From Salegentibacter sp. (GTDB taxonomy: Bacteria > Bacteroidota > Bacteroidia > Flavobacteriales > Flavobacteriaceae), in NCBI GenBank assembly GCA_035269545.1, contig DATFJA010000064.1, positions 1 through 37,451 on the forward strand: a stretch of 37,451 nucleotides of DNA, given 5' to 3'. The notes beneath the pieces are model-generated. The model was not told the origin of the DNA and did no database searches. It saw only the letters and a program-made list of their open reading frames with translations. Below are positions 8,639 to 18,976 of this stretch, in pieces. A program made the translations under genes and the position numbers. Within the stretch, counting starts at the first letter, position 1. The number at the start of each line of letters is the position of its first letter.

Positions 8639-9667
8639 ATGGGATTTTTTGACTTTCTCATTGAAGAAATAGCAATAGATTTAGGAACTGCTAACACCCT
8701 TATAATTCACAACGATAAAGTTGTGGTAGACAGTCCCTCTATAGTTGCGCGAGACCGTACTACGGGAAGAATAACCGCAGTAGGGAAAGAAGCTGCGATG
8801 ATGCAGGGGAAAACCCATGAAAATATAAAAACAATTCGTCCATTAAAGGATGGGGTAATTGCCGATTTTGATGCTAGTGAGAAAATGCTCACTATGTTCA
8901 TTAAAGAAATTCCGGCACTTAAAAAGAAAATGTTTACTCCGGCACTTAGGATGGTAATTTGTATTCCATCTGGAATCACCGAAGTAGAAATGCGTGCAGT
9001 AAAAGAAAGTGCAGAGCGTGTTAACGGGAAAGAGGTGTACCTTATTCACGAACCTATGGCCGCTGCAATTGGTATTGGAGTAGATATTATGCAGCCTAAA
9101 GGAAATATGATCGTAGATATAGGTGGTGGTACTACCGAAATCGCAGTAATTGCCCTCGGCGGAATTGTTTGTGATAAGTCGGTTAAAATTGCAGGTGATG
9201 TATTCACTAACGACATTGTTTACTATATGCGCACGCAGCATAACTTATATGTCGGAGAACGTACAGCTGAAAAAATAAAGATCCAGATTGGTGCGGCGAC
9301 TGAAGATTTAGAAGTTCCGCCAGAAGAAATGAGTGTTCAGGGACGTGACCTTTTAACAGGAAAACCGAAGCAGGTAAACATTTCTTACCGTGAAATTGCT
9401 AAAGCCCTGGATAAATCTATTTTAAGGATTGAAGACGCGGTAATGGAAACCCTATCTCAAACCCCACCAGAATTGGCAGCCGATATTTACAATACCGGTA
9501 TTTATCTTGCCGGTGGTGGATCTATGCTTAGAGGCCTGGATAAAAGGTTATCTCAAAAAACCGATCTTCCTGTATATATTGCTGAAGATCCTTTAAGAGC
9601 AGTTGTAAGAGGAACCGGAATATGCTTGAAAACCCTAAATCGCTATAAGGGAATTTTGATAAAGTAG
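8639..9667 (+). CDS. mreB: Rod shape-determining protein MreB
   Basis: Actin-fold motifs IDLGTANT, DIGGGTTE and LAGGGS. Confidence 0.98.
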   Translation: MGFFDFLIEEIAIDLGTANTLIIHNDKVVVDSPSIVARDRTTGRITAVGKEAAMMQGKTHENIKTIRPLKDGVIADFDASEKMLTMFIKEIPALKKKMFTPALRMVICIPSGITEVEMRAVKESAERVNGKEVYLIHEPMAAAIGIGVDIMQPKGNMIVDIGGGTTEIAVIALGGIVCDKSVKIAGDVFTNDIVYYMRTQHNLYVGERTAEKIKIQIGAATEDLEVPPEEMSVQGRDLLTGKPKQVNISYREIAKALDKSILRIEDAVMETLSQTPPELAADIYNTGIYLAGGGSMLRGLDKRLSQKTDLPVYIAEDPLRAVVRGTGICLKTLNRYKGILIK

Positions 9668-9680
9668 GAGAAGTAGTTTT

Positions 9681-10505
9681 ATGCAGCAAATTTTCAATTT
9701 TCTTATCCGAAATAAGAATAATATTCTATTCCTGTTTCTGCTGGCATTAGCTGTATTTTTCACGATCCAAACCCATTCCTATCACAAGAGTAGTTTTATA
9801 AGCTCTGCCAATAGTCTTACCGGTGGCATCTATTCCTGGGCCGAAGATTTTGATAAGTATATGCATTTAGATGAATACAACGAGCGCCTTATGGAGGAAA
9901 ATAAACAATTGCGCAACGTACTCACTAATTTAAATGATACAATTTCGGTAGAAAACTATACCGATACTTCCAGTTTTGATGGTACCTATTATTTTAGAAC
10001 AGCAAGAGTAATTAATAATAATTATGCCAAGCGAAACAACTTCCTAACCCTGAACCAGGGAAAAGAAGCCGGTATAAAATCTGAGTTTGGAGTAATAACA
10101 AGTAAAGGTGTAATTGGCATTGTAGACAGGGTTAACAACAGGTTTTCGCGTGTAATTTCCATATTGAATTCAGAATCCAGGATTAATGCTCAATTAAACA
10201 AAACCAATCATTTTGGAAGTCTGGTGTGGAATGGTAAAAACCCCAATATTGTACAATTAACCGATGTCCCCAGACAGGCCCCCGTCAAAAAGGGTGATAC
10301 AATCGTTACCGGAGGTAAATCTTTAATTTTTCCCGAAGGAATTCCAATAGGCAGCATTGAAGATTTTAAATTAGACCAAAGCGAGAGTTACTACACTATA
10401 AATGTCAAGCTCTTTAACGACATGACTAATATCGGGTACGTATACGTTATTGAGAACCTGGAACGGGAAGAAATACTGGAACTAGAGCAGGAAGATGAAC
10501 AATAG
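9681..10505 (+). CDS. mreC: Rod shape-determining protein MreC
   Basis: N-terminal TM, coiled coil, GDTIVTGG..IFPEGIPIG; follows mreB. Confidence 0.95.
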   Translation: MQQIFNFLIRNKNNILFLFLLALAVFFTIQTHSYHKSSFISSANSLTGGIYSWAEDFDKYMHLDEYNERLMEENKQLRNVLTNLNDTISVENYTDTSSFDGTYYFRTARVINNNYAKRNNFLTLNQGKEAGIKSEFGVITSKGVIGIVDRVNNRFSRVISILNSESRINAQLNKTNHFGSLVWNGKNPNIVQLTDVPRQAPVKKGDTIVTGGKSLIFPEGIPIGSIEDFKLDQSESYYTINVKLFNDMTNIGYVYVIENLEREEILELEQEDEQ

Positions 10506-11001
10506 TATTCTAAAAAATATCATCAGGTTTGTAGGACTAGTATTTATACAGGTACTTATTCTCAACAACATTAATTTTCTGGGTTATATAAACCCATATC
10601 TATATGTGTTATTTATCTTGCTCTATCCGTTTAATGGAAATCAAAGTTTTTTTCTAATTCTGGCTTTTTTATTAGGCTTCAGTATAGACCTATTTGAAGA
10701 CAGCGGCGGAATTCACGCAGCAGCCTGCACTGTTATTGCTTTTATTAGGCCTAATTTACTTAGATTTTCTTTCGGCATAAGTTATGACCATCAAAATTTA
10801 AGACTCGCTACCACGCCAATAGGGGCCCGATTGAGCTATATTTTTATCAGTATCTTAATTCATCATTTTATATTATTTTTCTTGGAAATGTTTAGCTTAA
10901 GTCATATAATAATAGTTCTCAAAAAGACGTTATTTTCAGGGATCTTTAGTGTTATCATGATCATGCTTAGTTTAGCAGTTTTCAGCAAAAAATATAGATG
11001 A
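10495..11001 (+). CDS. mreD: Rod shape-determining protein MreD
   Basis: 168-aa multi-TM protein between mreC and mrdA, overlapping both. Confidence 0.9.
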   Translation: MNNSILKNIIRFVGLVFIQVLILNNINFLGYINPYLYVLFILLYPFNGNQSFFLILAFLLGFSIDLFEDSGGIHAAACTVIAFIRPNLLRFSFGISYDHQNLRLATTPIGARLSYIFISILIHHFILFFLEMFSLSHIIIVLKKTLFSGIFSVIMIMLSLAVFSKKYR

Positions 11002-12866
11002 GAAAATTATTACTTTACATTATTATTTTTACTACCGGCATGGTTTTTCTTGCCCGCCTTTTCTATTTGCAAATAATGGACGATTCCCTGGCGGTAAGAT
11101 CTCAGGATAATGCTATAGAAGTTGTTTACGATTACCCGCAGCGTGGATATATTTCTGATAGAAATGGGAAATTAATGGTTTCCAACCAGCCTTCTTACGA
11201 TGTGATGGCGATACCCAGGAACCTGAAACCTTTCGATACCAGTGAATTTTGTAAAATTCTAAGCATAGAGCCTGAAGAATTGGGTCGCCGACTTGATAAA
11301 GCAAAAATTTACTCCCCTATTCTTCCTTCGGTAATCATCCCTCAGCTCACCAAAGCCGAATATGCTTATCTACAGGAAAAAATGCGCAAATATGAAGGTT
11401 TCTATATTCAAAAACGTTCTTTAAGAGATTACCAGGTAGACCACAGCGCAAATGTACTGGGATATATTGCCCAGGTAAATCAGAAGAAAGTTAATGAAGA
11501 CCCGTATTATATTTCGGGTGACCTTATTGGCCGAAGTGGAGTAGAAAAAGTTTATGAAAAATTATTGCGTGGAGAAAAAGGCGTAAAATACATTCAGAAA
11601 GACAGGTTTAACCGGGATATCGGTCCTTATAAGGACGGTATTTACGACACTCTTCCTACCAAAGGAAAAGATATCAGCATTACTATAGATGCCGAGTTGC
11701 AGGCCTATGGAGAAAAGTTGATGAAAAACAAACGCGGCGGAATTGTAGCCATAGAGCCAGAGAGCGGTGAAATTCTATCTTTGGTAACCGCTCCTACTTA
11801 TGATCCTGCGTTACTGGTGGGCCGGAAAAGATCACCTAATTATACAAGGCTTTACTATGACTCTATTGCTCAACCGCTTTACGATCGCGGTCTTTTAGCA
11901 GAATACCCCCCAGGCTCTCCATTTAAGGCTTTAACAGCTTTAATCGGACTTCAGGAAGGCGTAGTCGATACGAACGATAGGTTTTCCTGTAATAACGGAT
12001 ATAATTACGGAGCGAGACGTCCTTTAGGCTGCCATGCACACGACAGCCCTCTGGATATGGTTCCGGGAATTGCCAATTCCTGCAATTCTTATTTCGCGCA
12101 GGTCTATCGAAAGGCGATTGAAAAGTTCGACACACCGCAGGAAGGAATAGATACCTGGAACAAACATTTAAAAAGTTTTGGACTTGGGCAGTTTATGGGC
12201 AACGATCTGAGCACGGGTAGGCCGGGAAAAATACCGGATGCCGACTATTACAATCGAATTTATAATTACCCAACCTACAAGTGGTACTCCACTGCCACTA
12301 TCTCTAATGCCATTGGCCAGGGCGAAGTTTTAATGACCCCCATTCAATTAGCGAATATGACAGCTACTATTGCGAATCGTGGTTGGTATTATACTCCGCA
12401 TATCTTAAAGAAAGTCGATGGGGATCCTATAAAAGAAGAAAAATTCACGGTAAAGAATACAACTACTATAGACAGAAAGCATTTTGACCCGGTAGTTGAA
12501 GGCATGCATCAGGTTTATATAGATGGAACAGCCAGAAGTTTACAAATACCGGGGATTGAAATCGCAGGAAAAACCGGTACTGCAGAAAACTATACAAAAA
12601 TAGATGGTAAACGAACCCAACTTACCGATCACTCTATCTTTGTAGCTTTCGCGCCGGTAGATAATCCTAAAATAGCGCTAGCTGTATTTGTGGAAAATGG
12701 ATATTGGGGAAGCCGGTATGCCGGAAGAATTGCAAGCCTTATGGTTGAAAAGTACCTTAAAAAAGAAATAACCCGAACCGATATGGAAGACTGGATCTTA
12801 AACCACAGTCTTGAAGATGAATATGCAAAACCATTAAGCGGCGAACCTTTTATAATAAATCGATAA
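10998..12866 (+). CDS. mrdA: Penicillin-binding protein 2
   Basis: SxxK (GSPFK), SxN (SCN) and KTG (GKTGTAE) motifs; N-terminal TM and RGYISDRNG. Confidence 0.96.
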   Translation: MRKLLLYIIIFTTGMVFLARLFYLQIMDDSLAVRSQDNAIEVVYDYPQRGYISDRNGKLMVSNQPSYDVMAIPRNLKPFDTSEFCKILSIEPEELGRRLDKAKIYSPILPSVIIPQLTKAEYAYLQEKMRKYEGFYIQKRSLRDYQVDHSANVLGYIAQVNQKKVNEDPYYISGDLIGRSGVEKVYEKLLRGEKGVKYIQKDRFNRDIGPYKDGIYDTLPTKGKDISITIDAELQAYGEKLMKNKRGGIVAIEPESGEILSLVTAPTYDPALLVGRKRSPNYTRLYYDSIAQPLYDRGLLAEYPPGSPFKALTALIGLQEGVVDTNDRFSCNNGYNYGARRPLGCHAHDSPLDMVPGIANSCNSYFAQVYRKAIEKFDTPQEGIDTWNKHLKSFGLGQFMGNDLSTGRPGKIPDADYYNRIYNYPTYKWYSTATISNAIGQGEVLMTPIQLANMTATIANRGWYYTPHILKKVDGDPIKEEKFTVKNTTTIDRKHFDPVVEGMHQVYIDGTARSLQIPGIEIAGKTGTAENYTKIDGKRTQLTDHSIFVAFAPVDNPKIALAVFVENGYWGSRYAGRIASLMVEKYLKKEITRTDMEDWILNHSLEDEYAKPLSGEPFIINR

Positions 12867-14114
12867 ATGGGGAAAAGCGTAGCAGGATTCGATTGGCTTA
12901 CTATATTAATTTACCTCTTATTAGTTGGATTTGGTTGGGCCAATATTTACTCGGCTTCCTTAACTGAAAGTCACACAAGTTTTTTTGAATTCAATCAAAT
13001 ATACAGTAAACAAGGCCTGTGGATTATTCTAAGCTTATTTCTGATAATTATTTTATTATCTATTGAAGCAAAGTTTTATCAAAGGTTTTCTAGTGTTATT
13101 TACGCTGTAAGCCTACTAAGCTTAGCCGGATTATTCGTTTTTGGAAGTACTATTGCAGGCCAAACAGCCTGGTACAAAATAGGCCCTATTAGCATACAGC
13201 CGGCCGAATTTGCAAAAGCAGCAACAGCATTAGCTGTTGCCAAGTATCTAAGCGGAATACAGACTAATATCAAGGAATTCAAGCATCAACTAAGGGTCTT
13301 CTTAATCATTGCCTTACCTATGACCCTGGTATTATTACAGCCTGATGCCGGAAGTGCTATGGTTTATTTTTCCTTTGCATTCGCCCTTTACCGCGAGGGA
13401 CTTCATTTCGCCTATTTATTATTAGGATTCTTTGCTGCCACACTTTTCGTTGCTACACTTGCGTTTGGGCCGTTATGGGTAATAGGCGGGGTTTTAGTAA
13501 TCGCTGTATTGGTTTATCTCAAAAACTTAAAAAGACGACCAAACATTCTTAAATACATCTTTTTCGCCGCTATAGCAATTGGCTTTTCGCTTTCGGTGAA
13601 TTATGTTTTTGAAAATGTTTTTAAGCAGCACCACAGGGATCGTTTTAATATTGTTTTGGGTAAGGAAGTAGATTCTCGAGGAATTGGCTATAACACAAAT
13701 CAAAGTGAAATTGCTATTGGTAGCGGCGGCTTATTTGGTAAAGGATGGACCGAAGGAACGCAAACCAAGGGTCATTTTGTTCCGGAACAACATACCGATT
13801 ATATTTTTAGCACGGTAGGAGAAGAATGGGGCTTTTTGGGAAGCACGTTTATACTTGGCCTTTTTGTTTTGCTTATGTTGCGCCTACTTTACCTTGCAGA
13901 AAGGCAGCGATCAACTTTTACCAGAGTGTATGGTTATGGGGTAATAGGAATCATTTTTATGCACTTCCTGGTCAATATTGGGATGGTTATAGGTATTTTC
14001 CCTACAGTGGGCATTCCTTTACCCTTTTTAAGCTATGGTGGCTCGGGTCTTTGGGCCTTTACAATCCTACTCTTTATTTTTATAAAACTAGATTCCGATA
14101 GGATGTCTTTTTAG
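12867..14114 (+). CDS. rodA: SEDS peptidoglycan polymerase RodA
   Basis: Motifs IQPAEFAK, LQPDAGS, PEQHTDYIF and LPFLSYGGS. Confidence 0.96.
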   Translation: MGKSVAGFDWLTILIYLLLVGFGWANIYSASLTESHTSFFEFNQIYSKQGLWIILSLFLIIILLSIEAKFYQRFSSVIYAVSLLSLAGLFVFGSTIAGQTAWYKIGPISIQPAEFAKAATALAVAKYLSGIQTNIKEFKHQLRVFLIIALPMTLVLLQPDAGSAMVYFSFAFALYREGLHFAYLLLGFFAATLFVATLAFGPLWVIGGVLVIAVLVYLKNLKRRPNILKYIFFAAIAIGFSLSVNYVFENVFKQHHRDRFNIVLGKEVDSRGIGYNTNQSEIAIGSGGLFGKGWTEGTQTKGHFVPEQHTDYIFSTVGEEWGFLGSTFILGLFVLLMLRLLYLAERQRSTFTRVYGYGVIGIIFMHFLVNIGMVIGIFPTVGIPLPFLSYGGSGLWAFTILLFIFIKLDSDRMSF

Positions 14115-14191
14115 TTACAGCGTTCTGCTATAAGCAGCAGTGCAGCAACAATCAAGATGACCAGGGGGTAAATGTATTTTCGTTTCAGCAT
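14111..14191 (-). CDS. 26-aa single-TM small ORF (MLKRKYIYPLVILIVAALLLIAERCN), possibly a deletion remnant of a larger gene
   Basis: Below the ORF-track cutoff. ATG at 14191, TAA overlapping the rodA stop, exact TAGATTTG -7 element at 14196-14203. Confidence 0.55.
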   Translation of the reverse strand: MLKRKYIYPLVILIVAALLLIAERCN

Positions 14192-14285
14192 ATTGCAAAT
14201 CTAAGTTTTTCAGAATAAAATTTCCTTTATAAATTCGAAAGAATTAGCTCCAACTGGCTTTGAGGAGAGAAAGATAATAGCGCAT

Positions 14286-14315
14286 AAAAAAAGCGCTTCA
14301 TCTCTGAAGCGCTTT
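14286..14315 (-). terminator. Intrinsic terminator after the tail-specific protease gene
   Basis: 11-bp stem aaagcgcttca/tgaagcgcttt with a 4-nt loop and a U-run on the minus strand. Confidence 0.85.
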
Positions 14316-14334
14316 CTTCTATTTCTAAGAAAAA

Positions 14335-16470
14335 TTAGTCCTGAACCTCAGCTAATTTATCCTGTCTTATATTATTCTTTTTCATATCGGCCAATACGTG
14401 AATGGCTTCTTCAACATACACGTCTTTACTTAAATTGGTATGCCAGCGATCTCTTTTCTCTTTCAAAATAGTATCATTTTGAAATAACTCTTCCTCAGAA
14501 GGTAGCGATATAAAAGTAAGATCTGTTTTATAGTTTTTTATAGAATCAAAACTTTTTGCCATTTCCTGGTTTCTTTCAGCCGTTGAAGCATATTCATTAT
14601 ACTTCAGGGAATGAAAACTATCTTCGCTTTGGTCTTTAATCCATTTAGCGTGTTGCTCTATAAGCTTTAATTGCTCATTGGAGTCCATTCTTTCCTTACT
14701 CGCTGCAATAGTTTCTTCAAAATTTACGTAACCGTCCCAAATACTATAGTTAGCAGGGTCGATCTTATCCCATGGTAAAGGATTATCCTGATCTTTTTCT
14801 CCAATATCTACAAAGCTGTAACGATCTGGAACAACCACATCACTTTTAACACCTTCTAACTGGGTAGAACCACCATTTACCCTGTAAAACTTCTGGGTAG
14901 TTAATTTGAGCGCTCCTACGTCTCCAAATTCATTGCTTCTTAACCAACGATTTAGATCTATTACATTTTGAACAGTACCTTTTCCGTAGGTTTGCTTACT
15001 TCCAATAATGATTGCCCTTTTATAATCCTGCATTGCAGCCGCAAGAATTTCTGAAGCTGAAGCCGAAAGTTCGTTAACTAAAATTACAAGTGGGCCATCC
15101 CAAAGCACAGAAGGGTCTTCATCTGAAAGTACATCTTTTCTTTCCCCATTAGATTTCACCTGAACAATTGGTCCTTCTTCAATAAAAAGACCTGCAATAT
15201 CAACCACCGTTTTCAAAGATCCTCCACCATTATTTCTAAGGTCAAGCACCAGGCCGTCCATATTTTGTTCTTTCAATCTAATAATATCTTTTTTAATATC
15301 TGAAGCCGCATTACGCTCTTCATAGTCCTCCATATTGAAATAGAATTTTGGTAAATTAATTATCCCATAATTTTTACCTTCATCCTGTACCATAGCTGTT
15401 TTAGCATAAGTCTCTTCAATTTCAACAATATCACGAGTAAGCGTGATTTCTTCAATATTGCCCATTAATTTTTTCCGAACAGTAAGAATAACCTTAGAAT
15501 CCTTTGGACCTTTAATGAGGTCTACAGCATCTTCCAAACGCATCCCTACAATACTCACCGGGTCTTCCTCATCTTCTTGCTGTACTTTTAAAATCTCGTC
15601 TCCCGCAGAAAGCTCTTCACTTCTCCAGGCAGGTCCGCCAGAAATCACTTCGGTAATAGTAATGTTATCACTTTTCTTTTGTAACCTGGCTCCTATTCCC
15701 TCCAGCTTTCCAGACATTGCAATATCGAATCTATCTTTATCCTGTGGAGCAAAATAAAAGGTGTGAGGATCGAAGGCCTCTACTATAGAGTTTAAATACA
15801 CAGAAAAATAATCCTTACGCTCAAGATCATCGGTGAAATCATAATATTCCTCTAAAGAACTCAAAGTTACCTCACGGGCTTCTTTTTCAAGTTCTTCTTT
15901 AGACTTCATTTCGTAATCTGAATCTTCTTCTTTTTTCTGCTCTTCTTCCTCTACTTTATCAAAATAAGTTATAAGCGTTGAAAATTTAAGCTGTTTTCTC
16001 CAACGTTCTTTTAGTTCCTTTTTTGAAGAAACATATTCGGCTTCAGAAAAGTCAGTATTTATGTCTTCGGTTTCAGAAAAATCAAAAGGCTTTTCAAGAA
16101 TTTCCTTATAAATATCACGTGCTTCCTCAGATCGTTTTAAAAGTCGGTTATAAGTCAGATCAAAAAAGTCAATCTGCTTGTCTTTGATCTGATCATCTAT
16201 TTTATTCCGGTAATCATTAAATTCTTTAATGTCACTTTCATAAAAGAAACGTTTAGACCCATCTAAACCTTCAAGATATTTATCGTACACACCCTCAGAA
16301 AATTCGTCATTAATGTCCCTGGCATCGTAATGCCCCTCGTTAAGAACGTATGTAATAAGGTCTATAAGAAGTTTATCTTTATTAGGGTCGTCAAATTTTT
16401 TAGTAGTAAAACTACAGGAAGTGGCAGCCATTAGCAGCACTACCACCAAGATTTTTAAATTCCTTTTCAT
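14335..16470 (-). CDS. prc: Carboxy-terminal processing (tail-specific) protease, S41A, probable lipoprotein
   Basis: Motifs DPHTFYF, PDZ GIGARL, DLRNNGGG, SASASEI and GKGTVQ; lipobox-like AATSC. Start uncertain among in-frame ATGs at 16470-16491. Confidence 0.92.
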   Translation of the reverse strand: MKRNLKILVVVLLMAATSCSFTTKKFDDPNKDKLLIDLITYVLNEGHYDARDINDEFSEGVYDKYLEGLDGSKRFFYESDIKEFNDYRNKIDDQIKDKQIDFFDLTYNRLLKRSEEARDIYKEILEKPFDFSETEDINTDFSEAEYVSSKKELKERWRKQLKFSTLITYFDKVEEEEQKKEEDSDYEMKSKEELEKEAREVTLSSLEEYYDFTDDLERKDYFSVYLNSIVEAFDPHTFYFAPQDKDRFDIAMSGKLEGIGARLQKKSDNITITEVISGGPAWRSEELSAGDEILKVQQEDEEDPVSIVGMRLEDAVDLIKGPKDSKVILTVRKKLMGNIEEITLTRDIVEIEETYAKTAMVQDEGKNYGIINLPKFYFNMEDYEERNAASDIKKDIIRLKEQNMDGLVLDLRNNGGGSLKTVVDIAGLFIEEGPIVQVKSNGERKDVLSDEDPSVLWDGPLVILVNELSASASEILAAAMQDYKRAIIIGSKQTYGKGTVQNVIDLNRWLRSNEFGDVGALKLTTQKFYRVNGGSTQLEGVKSDVVVPDRYSFVDIGEKDQDNPLPWDKIDPANYSIWDGYVNFEETIAASKERMDSNEQLKLIEQHAKWIKDQSEDSFHSLKYNEYASTAERNQEMAKSFDSIKNYKTDLTFISLPSEEELFQNDTILKEKRDRWHTNLSKDVYVEEAIHVLADMKKNNIRQDKLAEVQD

Positions 16471-16614
16471 AAATCGCATAAATTTCATCATTAACAGCTC
16501 TCCAAAATACATTAAAAATTGTGCCAATAAAGCTAACAGTGTATAATAATTTGTTAAACTACTAAGATAAGGTTTCCTATTGAAATTACTATTTTAGCCT
16601 ATATAAAATAAGCT

Positions 16615-17397
16615 ATGACTAAAAAGAGACCTTTAATTCTAGTAACCAACGACGATGGTATAACTGCCCCCGGGATAAGAACGCTAATAGAAGTAATGAA
16701 AGAGTTAGGTGATGTAGTGGTTGTGGCACCCGATAGTCCGCAAAGCGGAATGGGTCATGCGATCACTATTAGCGACACCTTATTCTGCGAACAGGTTACC
16801 ATTAAAGAAAATTATAAGCATAAAGAATACAGCTGCTCTGGCACCCCCGCAGATTGTGTGAAAATCGCAACCCAGGAAATCCTGCACCGCAAACCAGATC
16901 TTTGCGTTAGCGGAATTAACCATGGCTCCAATTCTTCTATTAACGTAATCTACTCCGGGACTATGAGTGCTGCCGTAGAAGCCGGTGTAGAAGGAATTCC
17001 TGCCATTGGATTCTCCTTACTGGATTATTCCTTAAATGCCGATTTTGAGCCTACGAGAAAATATGTAAAGGCCATTACCAAAAATGTCATTAAAAATGGC
17101 TTACCAACCGGCGTGGTTTTAAATGTAAATATTCCAAAGCTATCTGCCTCAGAAATTAAAGGAATGAAAATTTGCAGACAGGCAAATGCCCATTGGGAAG
17201 AAGAATTTGATAAAAGAACAAACCCACAGGGACGCGATTATTACTGGCTTACCGGTAAATTTGTAAATAAAGATAAAGGAGAAGACACCGATGAATGGGC
17301 TTTACAAAACGGCTATGTTTCGGTTGTACCGGTGCAATTCGATTTAACCGCTCATCACTTTTTAGACGACTTAAACAATTGGGAGCTTAATGATTAA
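16615..17397 (+). CDS. surE: 5'/3'-nucleotidase SurE
   Basis: Motifs LVTNDDG, GTPADCV, SGINHGSN and YSGT. Confidence 0.97.
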   Translation: MTKKRPLILVTNDDGITAPGIRTLIEVMKELGDVVVVAPDSPQSGMGHAITISDTLFCEQVTIKENYKHKEYSCSGTPADCVKIATQEILHRKPDLCVSGINHGSNSSINVIYSGTMSAAVEAGVEGIPAIGFSLLDYSLNADFEPTRKYVKAITKNVIKNGLPTGVVLNVNIPKLSASEIKGMKICRQANAHWEEEFDKRTNPQGRDYYWLTGKFVNKDKGEDTDEWALQNGYVSVVPVQFDLTAHHFLDDLNNWELND

Positions 17398-17671
17398 GCA
17401 AAATATCTTCGTAGGATTTCTGACAGGAGTTTCAGCCAATATTGGCGGAATTTTCCTGTATATCCTACTTTTCTCTGAAATGGGAATAGATGAAACTTTA
17501 GACGATGCTATTTCTCAAGATTATATTGGAAAATTAATTGCGCTGGGTGCTATTTTAAACTTTTTACCTTTTTTCGTTTTTATAAGAAAAAAGCAAAATT
17601 ATCACGCAAGAGGTGTGTTGTTAGCAACCATCATAGGTGCAATTACCATTTTCATCTCTAAAATTGTTTAA
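17390..17671 (+). CDS. Hypothetical 3-TM membrane protein
   Basis: 93 aa, three hydrophobic segments, 8-nt overlap with surE. Confidence 0.75.
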   Translation: MIKQNIFVGFLTGVSANIGGIFLYILLFSEMGIDETLDDAISQDYIGKLIALGAILNFLPFFVFIRKKQNYHARGVLLATIIGAITIFISKIV

Positions 17672-17762
17672 ATAAACCCGGCCTGATGCTGGAAAAAAGA
17701 AAGCGCAGGTATAAATCTATAGCCTGTGACAAATTCCCAAAGCGGGATAAATTTATAAACTG

Positions 17763-18905
17763 ATGAAATATTACATTATTGCCGGTGAAGCTTCTGGAGA
17801 TCTTCACGCATCGAACCTCATGCGTGCTTTAAAACAAAATGATTCCCAGGCTGAATTCAGGTTTTGGGGAGGAGATCTTATGCAGGAACAAGGCGGACAC
17901 CTGGTAAAGCATTATCGTGAATTGGCATTTATGGGTTTCGTAGAGGTTCTTTTTAATTTAAAAACCATTCTTCAAAATATTGCCATTTGTAAAGAAGATA
18001 TCAGCAAATTTAATCCCGATGCCATCATTTTTGTAGATTACCCAGGCTTCAATTTAAGAATCGCCAAATGGGCTAAAGAACAAGGTTACCAGACACACTA
18101 TTATATTTCTCCACAAATTTGGGCCTGGAAGGAAAATCGGATCAATGCAATAAAACGCGATATAGATCATATGTATGTGATACTTCCTTTTGAAAAAGAG
18201 TTTTATGAGGAAAAGCATAATTTCCCGGTTCATTTTGTAGGCCATCCACTTATTGATGCCATTGGACAAAAAAAGCTTCCCAACATAGCTGCACTGAAAG
18301 AGGAATATGAGCTGGACGAAAGACCCGTAATTGCTGTTTTGCCGGGAAGTCGTAAACAGGAAATATCAAAAATGCTGGAGGTTATGCTTAGCATTACCCC
18401 AGATTTTCCTGAATACCAATTTGTAATTGCAGGTGCACCCAGCCAGGATGCAGCGTTCTATGCTCCTTTTATAAAGCAGAAGAATATAAAATTGATAATG
18501 AACAAAACTTATGATGTGCTGAGTCTTGCTCACGCGGCTATGGTTACTTCGGGTACCGCGACTTTAGAAACCGCTTTATTCAAAATTCCGGAAGTGGTTT
18601 GCTATAAAGGCAGCTATGTTTCTTATCAAATTGCCCGTAGAATTGTAAATTTAGATTATATCTCACTGGTAAATCTCATTATGAATCGCGAAGTAGTAAA
18701 GGAATTAATTCAGAACGATTTCAATACTAAAACACTAAAAAAAGAGTTTAAGAAAATACTGGAGAAAGAGCATCGCAATAAAATCTTTAAAGATTATTTT
18801 GAATTAGAACAGAAATTAGGAGGAAAGGGTGCCAGTGAAAAAACAGCGCAATTTATTGTCAAATCCATTCAAAAACCTGGAGGCAAAGCCACAAGAAATG
18901 AATAG
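17763..18905 (+). CDS. lpxB: Lipid-A-disaccharide synthase
   Basis: Motifs AGEASGDLH, VDYPGFN, SPQIWAW, FVGHPL, LPGSR and SGTATLE. Confidence 0.97.
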   Translation: MKYYIIAGEASGDLHASNLMRALKQNDSQAEFRFWGGDLMQEQGGHLVKHYRELAFMGFVEVLFNLKTILQNIAICKEDISKFNPDAIIFVDYPGFNLRIAKWAKEQGYQTHYYISPQIWAWKENRINAIKRDIDHMYVILPFEKEFYEEKHNFPVHFVGHPLIDAIGQKKLPNIAALKEEYELDERPVIAVLPGSRKQEISKMLEVMLSITPDFPEYQFVIAGAPSQDAAFYAPFIKQKNIKLIMNKTYDVLSLAHAAMVTSGTATLETALFKIPEVVCYKGSYVSYQIARRIVNLDYISLVNLIMNREVVKELIQNDFNTKTLKKEFKKILEKEHRNKIFKDYFELEQKLGGKGASEKTAQFIVKSIQKPGGKATRNE

Positions 18906-18917
18906 GTGTTTTTTTTA

Positions 18918-18925
18918 TAATTTTG
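18918..18925 (+). promoter_or_regulatory. -7 promoter element for the NlpC/P60 gene
   Basis: TAATTTTG ends 51 nt upstream of ATG 18977. Confidence 0.55.
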
Positions 18926-18976
18926 AGCCAAGCCTGGGAAAATTTAAACCCTCAATGAGGGGTTAAAAATTGATGT

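Noticed and set aside
18941-18971. Hairpin in the NlpC/P60 leader, and the short palindrome aacgcattgcgtt near 21655
   Set aside because: Both are short and imperfect, with no further support for a function.
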